This document shows, piece after piece, positions 23,001 to 32,749 of a stretch of DNA of 64,000 nucleotides. A program made the position numbers and the translations under genes. The stretch's first letter is position 1; the number at the start of each line of letters is the position of its first letter. This DNA comes from Prochlorococcus sp. AG-679-M23 (GTDB lineage Bacteria > Cyanobacteriota > Cyanobacteriia > PCC-6307 > Cyanobiaceae), in assembly GCA_003208875.1 (NCBI GenBank), contig QCUR01000006.1, positions 64,001-128,000 on the forward strand. Reading direction: 5' to 3'. The notes under the pieces were generated by a model. The model was not told where the DNA came from. It did no database searches and was given only the letters and a program-made list of their open reading frames with translations.

Positions 23001-24389
23001 TTACTCATATATTTGACCGCTTAAAGAAAAAGATCTCGCTTCCGTTATTTTGACATTTATTTCATCACCAAAATTAAATCCAATATTTTTTGGTATTTCT
23101 ATAAAAGTAAGTCTATTCGTTCTGGTCCTTCCCATTATTTGTGAGGTATTTTTTGGATTCATGCCCTCAATTAGGACACTTTCAATATTATTTAAATATC
23201 TTTGATTTCTTTTTCTAGAGGTTGTTTCAACTAATTCATTAATTTCTTTTAATCTTTCCTTTTTAACTTCTTCAGGAATTTGATTATCCCAAATAGCTGC
23301 TGGGGTATTTGGTCTTGGAGAATAGGCGGCGGTCATAACTTGATCAAAGCCAATATCAGATATTAATTTTAATGTCTCACGATATTGGTTTTCTGTTTCT
23401 CCAGGGAAAGCAACTATTGCATCAGCAGTAACTGATGCATTTGGCATTAATTCTCTTATATTTTCAATTATTCTTTTATATTTTTCGATTGTGTAACCTC
23501 TAGCCATTAATCTCAGGATTTCATCATTACCACTTTGGAAGGGGATATGAAAATGCTCGCAAACTTTGTCTAATTCATAACAAGCGTTTATAAGTCTTTT
23601 TGAAAAATATTTTGGATGACTTGTAGAAAATCTTATTCTCTTAATCCCCTCTACATCATGAATAAAATAGAGAAGATCAGTAAGGTTATTTTCCTTCCGG
23701 CCTTCTTTTGTCGTTCCAGGAAGATCTCTACCGTAGGCATCAATATTTTGCCCTAAAAGAGTTACCTCTTTAAAATCATTATGAGCTAAAGTTTCTATTT
23801 CACTTTTAATTGCATCTGGATATCTTGACTGTTCTTTACCTCTAACAGATGGGACAACACAATAAGAGCATCTTTCATTGCAACCATAAATGATATTCAC
23901 CCAACCACAAATAGAGCTATCTCTTCTTGGATTAGTTATATCTTCAGATATAAAAGTTTCTTCAGTGGCTACGACCTGATTACCTGAATCAACTCTCTCT
24001 AAAAGATTTTCAAGATTGTTGACGTGTTGTGGCCCCATTATTAGATCAAGTTCGGGCACTCTTCTCAAAAGAGATTCACCCTCTTGTTGTGCGAGGCAAC
24101 CTGCCACAACTAATTTTAAGTTTGGAGTACTATGCTTTCTTTTGACTTGTTTTCCTAAAAAACTGTAAACCTTTTGCTGAGCACTATCTCTTATTGTGCA
24201 GGTGTTATATAAAACTAAATCCGCTTTTAATTCATCAATAGCTCTGGAATATCCCATTTTTTCAAGAGTACCAGCCATCCTTTCGGAATCGGCCTTATTC
24301 ATTTGGCAACCAAAAGTTGTTATCCAATAACTACCAATAGAGGAATTTTTGTAAGTCTTTTCTTCTTCTTGGATTGGTTTGGTTAGCAC
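23001..24389 (-). CDS. miaB: tRNA-2-methylthio-N6-dimethylallyladenosine synthase
   Basis: [20 protein letters not shown]-terminal TRAM domain. Confidence 0.96.
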   Translation of the reverse strand: MLTKPIQEEEKTYKNSSIGSYWITTFGCQMNKADSERMAGTLEKMGYSRAIDELKADLVLYNTCTIRDSAQQKVYSFLGKQVKRKHSTPNLKLVVAGCLAQQEGESLLRRVPELDLIMGPQHVNNLENLLERVDSGNQVVATEETFISEDITNPRRDSSICGWVNIIYGCNERCSYCVVPSVRGKEQSRYPDAIKSEIETLAHNDFKEVTLLGQNIDAYGRDLPGTTKEGRKENNLTDLLYFIHDVEGIKRIRFSTSHPKYFSKRLINACYELDKVCEHFHIPFQSGNDEILRLMARGYTIEKYKRIIENIRELMPNASVTADAIVAFPGETENQYRETLKLISDIGFDQVMTAAYSPRPNTPAAIWDNQIPEEVKKERLKEINELVETTSRKRNQRYLNNIESVLIEGMNPKNTSQIMGRTRTNRLTFIEIPKNIGFNFGDEINVKITEARSFSLSGQIYE

Positions 24390-24463
24390 TTTGCAAAAAA
24401 GTTTTGATGGCCTTTTGTTAATTCAAAATTATAATTTAAATAATTTTGGAGCAATATTTTTGA

Positions 24464-24538
24464 GGGCGAGCGAGGGGATTCGAACCCCCGAATAGCGGCG
24501 CCACAAGCCACTGCCTTAACCACTTGGCGACGCCCGCC
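24464..24538 (-). tRNA. tRNA-His (GTG)
   Basis: Reverse complement gives G-1 plus GCGGGCG stem, anticodon loop TT-GTG-GC, GGTTCGAATCC. Confidence 0.95.
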
Positions 24539-24672
24539 TCACATATATAAATTTAACAACTTACGTGTAAAATTTCATGCATATTTGTACGTTTTAGAAG
24601 ATTTTGAAGTATTTTCCTATTTCTATATAAGCTTTATTGATGTTTTAAAATAAAACAAAAGCATATTAAATC

Positions 24673-25908
24673 TTGATCAACTCCGGAAAAACAGAGGTTC
24701 TTATACCCAGATGCCTTTGTGAAATAGAAAATGCTGATAACCTCAATGTTGATGATGAAGGTTTTGCTTCTGTTTTTGTTGCTTGGGAAAAAGGAATTGT
24801 TTCTGAACTTAAGCCGATAAATATCAAAAATAAAAAACCAAATAAAATTCTTTTTCCAAGATTTGTTGAGACTCACTCACATCTCGATAAAGCTTTCACT
24901 TTTGGAGAGTTTCCTAATTTTAAATCAAACTATCAAGAGGCCTTATCAGTAAATTTGGAGGAGCATAAAACTAGGTCTAAAATTAAAGTTTTAGAGAGAG
25001 CTGAAAAATCACTCAACTTGGCTCTTAAAAATGGTTATAGAGCTATTAGGAGTCATGTTGATACTTACGAAAGTCAGGATAATAATATTTGGGATGAGCT
25101 TTTTAAACTCCAAAAAAAATATTCCTCTAAGTTGAAATTGCAATATGTAGCATTAGCTCCATTGGAGTTTTGGGATACTCCCCATGGAGAGGAATTGGCA
25201 AAAAAGTTTTCTAAGGAAAAGGGCATTTTAGGAGGAGTTCTTGTTCCTCCATTTATAAATAAAGCAAAAATAAAATACTTACTCTCTAAAACTCTCTTGC
25301 TTGCAGATAAATATAAATTAGAAATTGATTTGCACATAGATGAATCAACTATTGAGCCAGGAGCGGGTATAAAAGTTCTTTTGGAAACTATTGATAGATT
25401 AAATATTAAAGTTCCAATAACTTGTAGTCATTTAAGTAGTATTTTATCTCTAGATAATAATGAAATACTTAATCTGGGAAGCAAAATTGCTGAGAAAGAT
25501 ATAAAAGTGATTGCACTTCCTCTTACAAATTTCTGGTTGCTCAATCGGAAAGAACAAATTACACCCTTAAATAGACCAGTCGCACCAATAAAGCAACTAC
25601 AAAAATCATTAGTCGATGTTTCTATCGGTAGCGATAATGTTCAAGATCCCTGGTATCCATTTGGTAATTACGATCCCGTTTATTTGATGTCTCTTGCAAT
25701 GCCAATGCTTCAATTAAATCCTTGGGAAAGATTGACTTTATCTTCCATTTTTTTGTCACCAAGTAGATTATTGAATCTAACTTGGGACGGGTTGGTTAAA
25801 AAAGGTTGCCCTGTGGATTTTGTGCTTTTTAATGCTGAAAAGTGGGCGGATATTTTCTCAACCAATTTAAAGAGAGAAGTCCTTATAAACGGCGAAATAT
25901 ATAGCTAA
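24673..25908 (+). CDS. Amidohydrolase, cytosine-deaminase-like
   Basis: HSHLDK, RSHVD, DLHIDE, GSDNVQDPWYPFG motifs of the CodA family; substrate uncertain. Confidence 0.85.
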   Translation: MINSGKTEVLIPRCLCEIENADNLNVDDEGFASVFVAWEKGIVSELKPINIKNKKPNKILFPRFVETHSHLDKAFTFGEFPNFKSNYQEALSVNLEEHKTRSKIKVLERAEKSLNLALKNGYRAIRSHVDTYESQDNNIWDELFKLQKKYSSKLKLQYVALAPLEFWDTPHGEELAKKFSKEKGILGGVLVPPFINKAKIKYLLSKTLLLADKYKLEIDLHIDESTIEPGAGIKVLLETIDRLNIKVPITCSHLSSILSLDNNEILNLGSKIAEKDIKVIALPLTNFWLLNRKEQITPLNRPVAPIKQLQKSLVDVSIGSDNVQDPWYPFGNYDPVYLMSLAMPMLQLNPWERLTLSSIFLSPSRLLNLTWDGLVKKGCPVDFVLFNAEKWADIFSTNLKREVLINGEIYS

Positions 25909-25947
25909 TCTACTATTTTATATAAATAGTAAAGAAATTAATCATTA

Positions 25948-27303
25948 ATGTCATTAAGAAATTCAAAATTAATAGAACAATTAAAAAAAATTGATAATTT
26001 AGAAATTATTGAAAGGATATCCGATGTCAAAAGGCTTTCAAAAGACTTTTATAATTATTCTCCAATACTCGAAAAGAGACTAGATGGTTGTATAGCTGAC
26101 TTGGCGGTACGACCTATTGATCAAAATGCAGTAAAGAAAGTAGCAGAAATTTGTTGGGAATTTTCGATACCACTTACTTTAAGAGGTTCAGGAACAGGTA
26201 ATTATGGACAAGCGGTCCCATTGTTTAAAGGTATTGTTATGCAAATGAATTGTTTAAATAAAATTGAAGAATTTTTTCCTGAGACAGGTTTCGTAAAGGT
26301 ACAATCTGGATGCTTAATGGGAGATTTAAATAAAGAACTGGAAAAATATGGAAGAGAATTAAGGTTGCTTCCCAGTACATGGAAAACTGCAACTATAGGA
26401 GGATTTATCGCAGGGGGCTCCGGAGGTATTGGATCAATTAGATGGGGATTTTTAAGAGATCCAGGGAATCTTATAGGTTTAGAAGCCATAACAATAAATG
26501 AAGAACCTAAATTACTTAGATTTGATGCTCAAGAATCAGAACCTTTAAATCATGCGTATGGAACTAATGGGATTATTACTTCATTATTAATCGCTACTGA
26601 TATAAAACATAAGTGGTACTCGATAATAATTAACTGTGAAGAATTAAATAAGACAATCGAAATATTAAAAACATGTACCACTGCAGCAATTGACTTGAAG
26701 CTTGGCGCAATTCTTGAGAAGGAAATCGTAGATCAAATGCCTTCCTGGTTTAAGGGTAAATCTAAAAGTCACAAGATTTTGATTCAATCAACGCTTGCGG
26801 GGGTAAAAACTATTGAATTAATTTGCAAAAAATATCAAGTTAATTCTTTTCTTCTTGGAGAAGAAGATAAATTAACAAATGGAATCTCTGAAGTAGTTTG
26901 GAATCATACAACTCTTCATATGAGAGCAAAGGACAAAAACTGGACATATTTACAGATGCTTTTACCTCTAGATAAGGAATTCGAATTAATTAATTCTTTG
27001 AGAGTAAAATGGGGTAAGAATATTCTTTGGCATATTGAAGCTGTTTCTCAACAAGGAGTCCCTAGATTAGCTGCTTTGCCTGTAATAAAATGGCATAGTT
27101 CAGATCAATTAAACCAAATAATTGATAATTGTAAGAAACTGGGAGCAATTATTTTTAATCCACATGTATTAACTGTTGAGGGAGGTGGTTTAGGAGTTAT
27201 TGATTCTGATCAAGTAAAAGCAAAATTAAGATTTGATCCAAAAGGTTTATTAAATCCTGGTAAATTGCAAGGGTGGGAAATAAAAGATGAGTTTAATATT
27301 TAA
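25948..27303 (+). CDS. FAD-binding oxidoreductase (VAO/GlcD-like)
   Basis: RGSGTGNYGQ, ATIGGFIAGG, FDPKGLLNPGK. Confidence 0.88.
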   Translation: MSLRNSKLIEQLKKIDNLEIIERISDVKRLSKDFYNYSPILEKRLDGCIADLAVRPIDQNAVKKVAEICWEFSIPLTLRGSGTGNYGQAVPLFKGIVMQMNCLNKIEEFFPETGFVKVQSGCLMGDLNKELEKYGRELRLLPSTWKTATIGGFIAGGSGGIGSIRWGFLRDPGNLIGLEAITINEEPKLLRFDAQESEPLNHAYGTNGIITSLLIATDIKHKWYSIIINCEELNKTIEILKTCTTAAIDLKLGAILEKEIVDQMPSWFKGKSKSHKILIQSTLAGVKTIELICKKYQVNSFLLGEEDKLTNGISEVVWNHTTLHMRAKDKNWTYLQMLLPLDKEFELINSLRVKWGKNILWHIEAVSQQGVPRLAALPVIKWHSSDQLNQIIDNCKKLGAIIFNPHVLTVEGGGLGVIDSDQVKAKLRFDPKGLLNPGKLQGWEIKDEFNI

Positions 27304-28532
27304 AACTTTTGATTTTTTGCAAATTTGATAAACTCAGCAACTAAAAATATTGAGCCTGTAAGTACAGGATTACATTTTGGCCATTTTTCAAGCTCCAAAA
27401 GATAGTTAAAAGCAAGATCAACTTTTTCAAACTCATTTATTTTTAAATGATTTAGCTCATTAATATTAGAAAGACCTTTTAATGTCCAACTTTCTTGATT
27501 AGGAACTGGGACTAAAAGAATATGATCATTTTTTTTAATAAGAACTTTTATCATTGAGGCAATATCTTTGTGTATTTGGACTCCTAAAATCCAATAAATC
27601 CCTTCATGATTATTATTCCAAGTCCCCCTTTCCTCTGAAAGGGCTTTTGCCGCAGAGTAATTATGAGCAGAATCAACAAGAATTTTTTTATTAAAACAGT
27701 TAATTATTTCTAACCTCCCGCTCCATTTTGCATTTTTAAGTCCCTCCTTAATGGAGCATTCTTTAACCTTAAATCCAAAATGAATTAGTTCTTCAATTAC
27801 TCCAATAGCAACAGCTGCGTTTTGTTTTTGAAAATTTCCTTTTAAACCAATTTCATAATCATTAGATAGTGATTCTTTCCATATGATTTTTGCCCCTACT
27901 TGTTGGACTCTTGCGTTAATTATTTCCTCAACCTCAGCTTCTTGACGACAAGAAATAACAAATGAGTTTTTTTCTATTACTGCTACTTTTTCTTTTGCAA
28001 TTTTTTCAATTGAGTCTCCAAGATATTCTTTATGGTCTAAACCTATATTCCCAATAGCAATTATTGGCCTTAGAGGATGTGCTGTAGTTGCGTCTAATCG
28101 TCCACCTAAACCAGCTTCAAGAATTAATAAATCTACTTTTTTAAAATCAAAAAAATATAGTGCACAACAAATAATTTGTTCAAAAGGAGATAATTTATGG
28201 GTTGAAAGATTATTTTTTATTTTCTTAAAAAGTCTTTCAAATTCTTCCTTACTAATTTTTTCTTTATTTACTCTAATCCTTTCACAGATATCAAAAAGGT
28301 GAGGAGAAGTAGTAACCCCAATATTCTTTTTATCTGCATAAAGAATATTTTCTATGAAAGCGGTAATCGAACCTTTACCATTTGTTCCTACAATTTGAAT
28401 AGCGGGTATATTTTTGCATGGGTCATCTAAATCTCTTAGAGCATTTTTTATTCTTGATAATCCTAATTGAATATTTTCCCTCTCCAATTTGGGCGAGAGC
28501 AAATCAAAATTCTCAATGTTTACATTTATCAA
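27300..28532 (-). CDS. folC: Folylpolyglutamate/dihydrofolate synthase
   Basis: GTNGKGS, EAGLGGRLDAT, DSAHN. Confidence 0.96.
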   Translation of the reverse strand: MINVNIENFDLLSPKLERENIQLGLSRIKNALRDLDDPCKNIPAIQIVGTNGKGSITAFIENILYADKKNIGVTTSPHLFDICERIRVNKEKISKEEFERLFKKIKNNLSTHKLSPFEQIICCALYFFDFKKVDLLILEAGLGGRLDATTAHPLRPIIAIGNIGLDHKEYLGDSIEKIAKEKVAVIEKNSFVISCRQEAEVEEIINARVQQVGAKIIWKESLSNDYEIGLKGNFQKQNAAVAIGVIEELIHFGFKVKECSIKEGLKNAKWSGRLEIINCFNKKILVDSAHNYSAAKALSEERGTWNNNHEGIYWILGVQIHKDIASMIKVLIKKNDHILLVPVPNQESWTLKGLSNINELNHLKINEFEKVDLAFNYLLELEKWPKCNPVLTGSIFLVAEFIKFAKNQKF

Positions 28533-28544
28533 AATTAATAGAAT

Positions 28545-29720
28545 TTACATCTCTTCGAAAATTAAATCTAACTTTTTTAAAAGTATATTGATCTCATTTC
28601 TCGAAATTATCAACGGCGGTACAAACCGAATCACGTTTCCTCCGGCAGGTACTAAAAGTAAACCTTTATCAAAAGCTTTTAATGTGATTGTTTTTGCATC
28701 TGTGTAGGAATCATTTATGACAAGACCTTGTATTAATCCTAGTCCTCTTATGCCACTAATAATTTTAGGGAATTTCGCTGAAATTTTAGTAAAACCCTCA
28801 TTTAATTGATTACCTCTTTCGAAAACATTTTTAAGAATTTTACGTCTTTTAATTTCTTCTAAAACTGTTATGGCAGCTCTACAAGCAAAGGGATTGCCCC
28901 CAAAAGTACTTGCGTGATCTCCAGGGGAAAAAATGTTCGCTTTTTTTTGTACCAATAATGCACCAATCGCATGCCCTCCGCCTAATCCTTTAGCTAGTGT
29001 GAATCCATCAGGTTCGATTTCTAGATTCTCATATCCCCACATTTTTCCCGTTCTTCCTACTCCACTCTGAACTTCATCAAGAATTAAAAGAGAATTGTTT
29101 TGATTACAAATTTCTCTTAATTCTTTAAAAAATTTTTTATCTCCAGGTATTACTCCTCCTTCTCCTTGAATAGGTTCAACTAAAATTCCTGAAGCTTTTT
29201 GGTCATTTTCTTTTAATTTTTCAAATAATTTTTTTACAGAAACAATATCGTTATATTTGAAAAACTTAAAACCTTTGATCATCGGTTCAAAACCTTTTTG
29301 GTACTTAGGCTGACCAGTAGCACTTAAAGTTGCGAGTGTTCTTCCATGAAAACTAGATTCGGCAGCAAGAATAAAAGATTCTTTACCTTTAAATACTGTA
29401 TTACCATACTTTTTGATTAATTTGATAGCTGCCTCATTTGCTTCAGCACCACTATTACAGAAAAAAACACTTTCAGCACAACTCTGTTTGGTTAAATATT
29501 TGCTTAATTCTTCCTGTTCTTCAATCTTATAAAGATTTGAAATGTGTTGAACTTTTTTTAATTGTGCAGATAACTTTTTTCTTAAGATTCTGTTGCTATG
29601 CCCTAAACTACACGTTGCTATACCTGCAACAGCATCAAGATATTTTTTCCCTCTATCATCCCATAGCCAACATCCATTACCTTTCTTAAAAGATATATTA
29701 AATCTCGAATAAGTATTCAT
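28545..29720 (-). CDS. argD: Acetylornithine aminotransferase
   Basis: NSGAEANEAA, FHGRT, DEVQSG.GRTG, AKGLGGG; start at ATG 29720 (MNTYSR). Confidence 0.93.
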   Translation of the reverse strand: MNTYSRFNISFKKGNGCWLWDDRGKKYLDAVAGIATCSLGHSNRILRKKLSAQLKKVQHISNLYKIEEQEELSKYLTKQSCAESVFFCNSGAEANEAAIKLIKKYGNTVFKGKESFILAAESSFHGRTLATLSATGQPKYQKGFEPMIKGFKFFKYNDIVSVKKLFEKLKENDQKASGILVEPIQGEGGVIPGDKKFFKELREICNQNNSLLILDEVQSGVGRTGKMWGYENLEIEPDGFTLAKGLGGGHAIGALLVQKKANIFSPGDHASTFGGNPFACRAAITVLEEIKRRKILKNVFERGNQLNEGFTKISAKFPKIISGIRGLGLIQGLVINDSYTDAKTITLKAFDKGLLLVPAGGNVIRFVPPLIISRNEINILLKKLDLIFEEM

Positions 29721-29725
29721 TAAAG

Positions 29726-29807
29726 TGGGAGCGGTCGGACTTGAACCGACATACCCGAAGGTGCCGCATTTTGAGTGCGGTGCGTCTACCAATTCCACCA
29801 CGCTCCC
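29726..29807 (-). tRNA. tRNA-Leu (CAA)
   Basis: Reverse complement GGGAGCG...CT-CAA-AA, long variable arm, GGTTCAAGTCC. Confidence 0.96.
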
Positions 29808-30087
29808 AAGGCTCTTCACAAATAATTAACTTATTTAACTATAACAATAATTCAGGTATTGACTACATTTATTGTTTTATAGAAATGAGTTGTAGAAAAA
29901 AATAAATAATACTAAAAACAAATTTTAAAATGAACACATTAGATTAGGAATTAAGCTAAAAATATAGTTTTAGCTACGTTTTTGACACATTAATGCCTCA
30001 AAATAGAGCTTTGCAGGCTATTTTTGCGGATTAGGCTTCACGGATAGTAATATTGTGTTATATTTCTTAGTAGATTTATTAACCACC

Positions 30088-30207
30088 ATGTCAGGAATTA
30101 AAACAAAAAATAAAACTCAAAAGTTATCATTTAAATTGGCACCCTATTTATTTATTGCAGTAGCTATTTTCACCGCTTTTGGTTCTAACGGAGGTACATG
30201 GGTATAA
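30088..30207 (+). CDS. Small hypothetical membrane peptide (39 aa)
   Basis: Hand translation MSGIKTKNKTQKLSFKLAPYLFIAVAIFTAFGSNGGTWV; basic N-terminus plus one hydrophobic segment. Confidence 0.6.
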   Translation: MSGIKTKNKTQKLSFKLAPYLFIAVAIFTAFGSNGGTWV

Positions 30208-30314
30208 ATGATCTAAAAATTAGTGGATTAAATAAATACTGGTCTCTTCGTTTCTTGGTATTATCCTTCCTTTTTATTGGTTGTGTTTCACTAGTTAATA
30301 TAGCTTACGTTTAA
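30198..30314 (+). CDS. Small hypothetical membrane peptide (38 aa)
   Basis: Hand translation MGINDLKISGLNKYWSLRFLVLSFLFIGCVSLVNIAYV; overlaps the previous ORF by 10 nt. Confidence 0.45.
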   Translation: MGINDLKISGLNKYWSLRFLVLSFLFIGCVSLVNIAYV

Positions 30315-30322
30315 AACTAAAT

Positions 30323-31696
30323 TTAAGCCGCTTTTACTTCAGATATTTTTTCTACGTTCAAGTTACCACCATCATATTTAGACTCGTTAATCATATTCTT
30401 TGTAGTTTGTCTTTTAATTTGAATACCTAATTGAGATAGTTTTAATTCAAAATTTTCGTAACCTCTGTCTAGATGTTCAAGTCCATATATATGACTTACA
30501 CTTTTAGTGGTTAAAGCAGCAATTATCAGAGCAGCTGAAGATCTCAAGTCTAACCCAACTAAAGTCATCCCTCTCAATTTCTTAACTCCGTTTATGTGAG
30601 CTATATTATCTTTTAATGTTATAGAACTCCCCATTTGATTTAAAAGCTCAACATGATTCATTCTATTTTCGAAAATTGTTTCAGTGATCCTAGATCTCCC
30701 TTTAGCAATAGTCATTAAAGCCATAAATGGGGCTTGTAAGTCTGTAGGAAATCCCGGGAATGGAGCGGTTTTTATATCTACTGCTTTAATCTTATTACCT
30801 TTTATTGAAATCGAATTTCCTTTTTTTATTATTTTACTGCCACTTTCTTCTAGCTTATTTAATACTGCCTCTAAGTGGTTTGGAATTACTGGAGAAACTG
30901 TAATTGAAGATGAAGTTGCAGCAGCGGCTATTAAAAAAGTTCCTGCTTCAATTCTATCTGGGATTACTTTATGAGTACATCCATGAAGTTTTTGCACTCC
31001 ATCAATAATTATTTTTTCTTTACCAGAGTCATAAATTTTTGCTCCCATTTTATTTAACATCTGACATAAATCTTGAATTTCAGGCTCCCTTGCCGCATTT
31101 TCTATCACAGTTCTGCCTTCTGCTAAGGATGCCGCCATTATTAACGTTTCAGTAGCCCCAACACTTGGACAATTTAATCTGATATTTGCACCAAATAGGT
31201 TACTTTTTTTCTCGACTAGTTTTGCCTTTACGACATCTCTGTCAATAATAATTTCTGCACCTAGTGCCCTTAGTCCATTTATATGCTCGTTGATAGGTCT
31301 TTCCCCAATATTGCACCCACCAGGTAAAGGTATTGAAGCTTCCCCAAATCTTGTTAATAATGCTCCAATACAAAAGAAACTAGCTCTTAATCCATTTACA
31401 AGTTCATATGGAAGTTCTCGTATGGATATATTCTTTGAATCAATTATTAATTGATGATCTTTATTATGTAATTTAACTCCTAAATTCTGAAGTATATTTC
31501 CCATTTTCTCAATATCAGTCAGAATAGGAACATTATCTAATATGATTTTTTCGTCAGTTAGTAATGATGCTGCAAGTAATACTAATGCTGAATTTTTTGC
31601 ACCACTTATTTTCACCTCTCCTCTTAAGGTATTTTGGCCAATAATCTTTAAATGTTGGGATTTAAGATATGACTTATTATTGCTTTCGCAAACCAT
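30323..31696 (-). CDS. murA: UDP-N-acetylglucosamine 1-carboxyvinyltransferase
   Basis: SGAKNSAL, LPGGCNIG.RP, PDRIEAGT, FPTDLQ. Confidence 0.97.
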   Translation of the reverse strand: MVCESNNKSYLKSQHLKIIGQNTLRGEVKISGAKNSALVLLAASLLTDEKIILDNVPILTDIEKMGNILQNLGVKLHNKDHQLIIDSKNISIRELPYELVNGLRASFFCIGALLTRFGEASIPLPGGCNIGERPINEHINGLRALGAEIIIDRDVVKAKLVEKKSNLFGANIRLNCPSVGATETLIMAASLAEGRTVIENAAREPEIQDLCQMLNKMGAKIYDSGKEKIIIDGVQKLHGCTHKVIPDRIEAGTFLIAAAATSSSITVSPVIPNHLEAVLNKLEESGSKIIKKGNSISIKGNKIKAVDIKTAPFPGFPTDLQAPFMALMTIAKGRSRITETIFENRMNHVELLNQMGSSITLKDNIAHINGVKKLRGMTLVGLDLRSSAALIIAALTTKSVSHIYGLEHLDRGYENFELKLSQLGIQIKRQTTKNMINESKYDGGNLNVEKISEVKAA

Positions 31697-31888
31697 TAAG
31701 AATATTTTTTATTGGTTTAATAATGACAAATTAAATATAGTAAGTCCACCTTGTGTAACGCGATGAATATTAATTAATACTAAAGGGTGAAAATTTAAAT
31801 GGATAAGAATTAAGATTAAAAGAAAAATAATTGTTCGTAATATTTTAATAACTAAAATGTGTTTAATATCAAAATTATTTAAATTACA

Positions 31889-32749
31889 ATAGAAAATATT
31901 TTTCCAAAAATAACTAGTAAAAGTAATGCTTTAGTTAAAAGATTTAGATCGTTTAAAAAAGGATCTAATACAAAAGATAAAGATTATTTTTGCATTGAAG
32001 GGACTCATTTGATCGAAGAAATGCTGAAGTCTGGTAATCATGCTTCAAAAATTTTAACTACTGAAAAATGGCTTGATAAAAATAAGGACCTTTATCAAAA
32101 GATTGATCCATCATTAATAATAGTCGTATCAGAAGAAGTTTTAGCTTCAGTAGTATCTACAAAAAATCCTGATGGAGTAGCTGCTTTGGTGGAAATTTCA
32201 TCAATACTTAATTTTGACTTTACTAATATTGAAGATGACTTTATTCTTGTCCTTGATAGGATTCAAGACCCTGGAAATATGGGGAACCTTTTTAGAACAG
32301 CTTTAGCTGCTGGTGTTAACAAGATATTATTAGCGGGAGGGGCGCACCCCTTAGGCCAAAAGGTATTAAGAGCATCTAGTGGATCTGTTTTTCATCTCCC
32401 ATTTAAACGATTTGATGGAAGCGAAGAAGAAATGATCAATTCTTTATTGTTATCATTAGATCAATTTTCAAAGAACGGGTTTCAAATAATTTCTACGAGT
32501 AGCCATAATAAAAATCCTAATAAATCTCACAAACCATATTGGGAAATTGATTGGTCTAAACCAACTGCACTTATATTGGGTAATGAAGGAAATGGTATTC
32601 ATAAAAGAATTCAAGAAGCTTTTAGTGAAACAATTACTATTCCGCATAGTGAGCTTGTAGAATCATTGAATGTGGCTTGTGTTGCAGTTCCAATATTACT
32701 TGAACGAAAAAGAGTCGCATATACTTCTACTTCAAGAATACAAAAGTGA
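31889..32749 (+). CDS. TrmH/SpoU-family RNA methyltransferase (start uncertain)
   Basis: QDPGNMG..R, GNEG.G, ESLNVA motifs; frame is open back to 31883; first canonical start is TTG 32009. Confidence 0.88.
   Translation: MENIFPKITSKSNALVKRFRSFKKGSNTKDKDYFCIEGTHLIEEMLKSGNHASKILTTEKWLDKNKDLYQKIDPSLIIVVSEEVLASVVSTKNPDGVAALVEISSILNFDFTNIEDDFILVLDRIQDPGNMGNLFRTALAAGVNKILLAGGAHPLGQKVLRASSGSVFHLPFKRFDGSEEEMINSLLLSLDQFSKNGFQIISTSSHNKNPNKSHKPYWEIDWSKPTALILGNEGNGIHKRIQEAFSETITIPHSELVESLNVACVAVPILLERKRVAYTSTSRIQK

Noticed and set aside
8067..29807. tRNA-anchored genomic island or integrative element
   Set aside because: All three tRNA 3' ends are followed directly by core genes; I saw no integrase or duplicated tRNA fragment.
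29721..29819. N-terminal extension of ArgD in the ORF track
   Set aside because: It is the translated tRNA-Leu sequence; homology begins at MNTY (29720).
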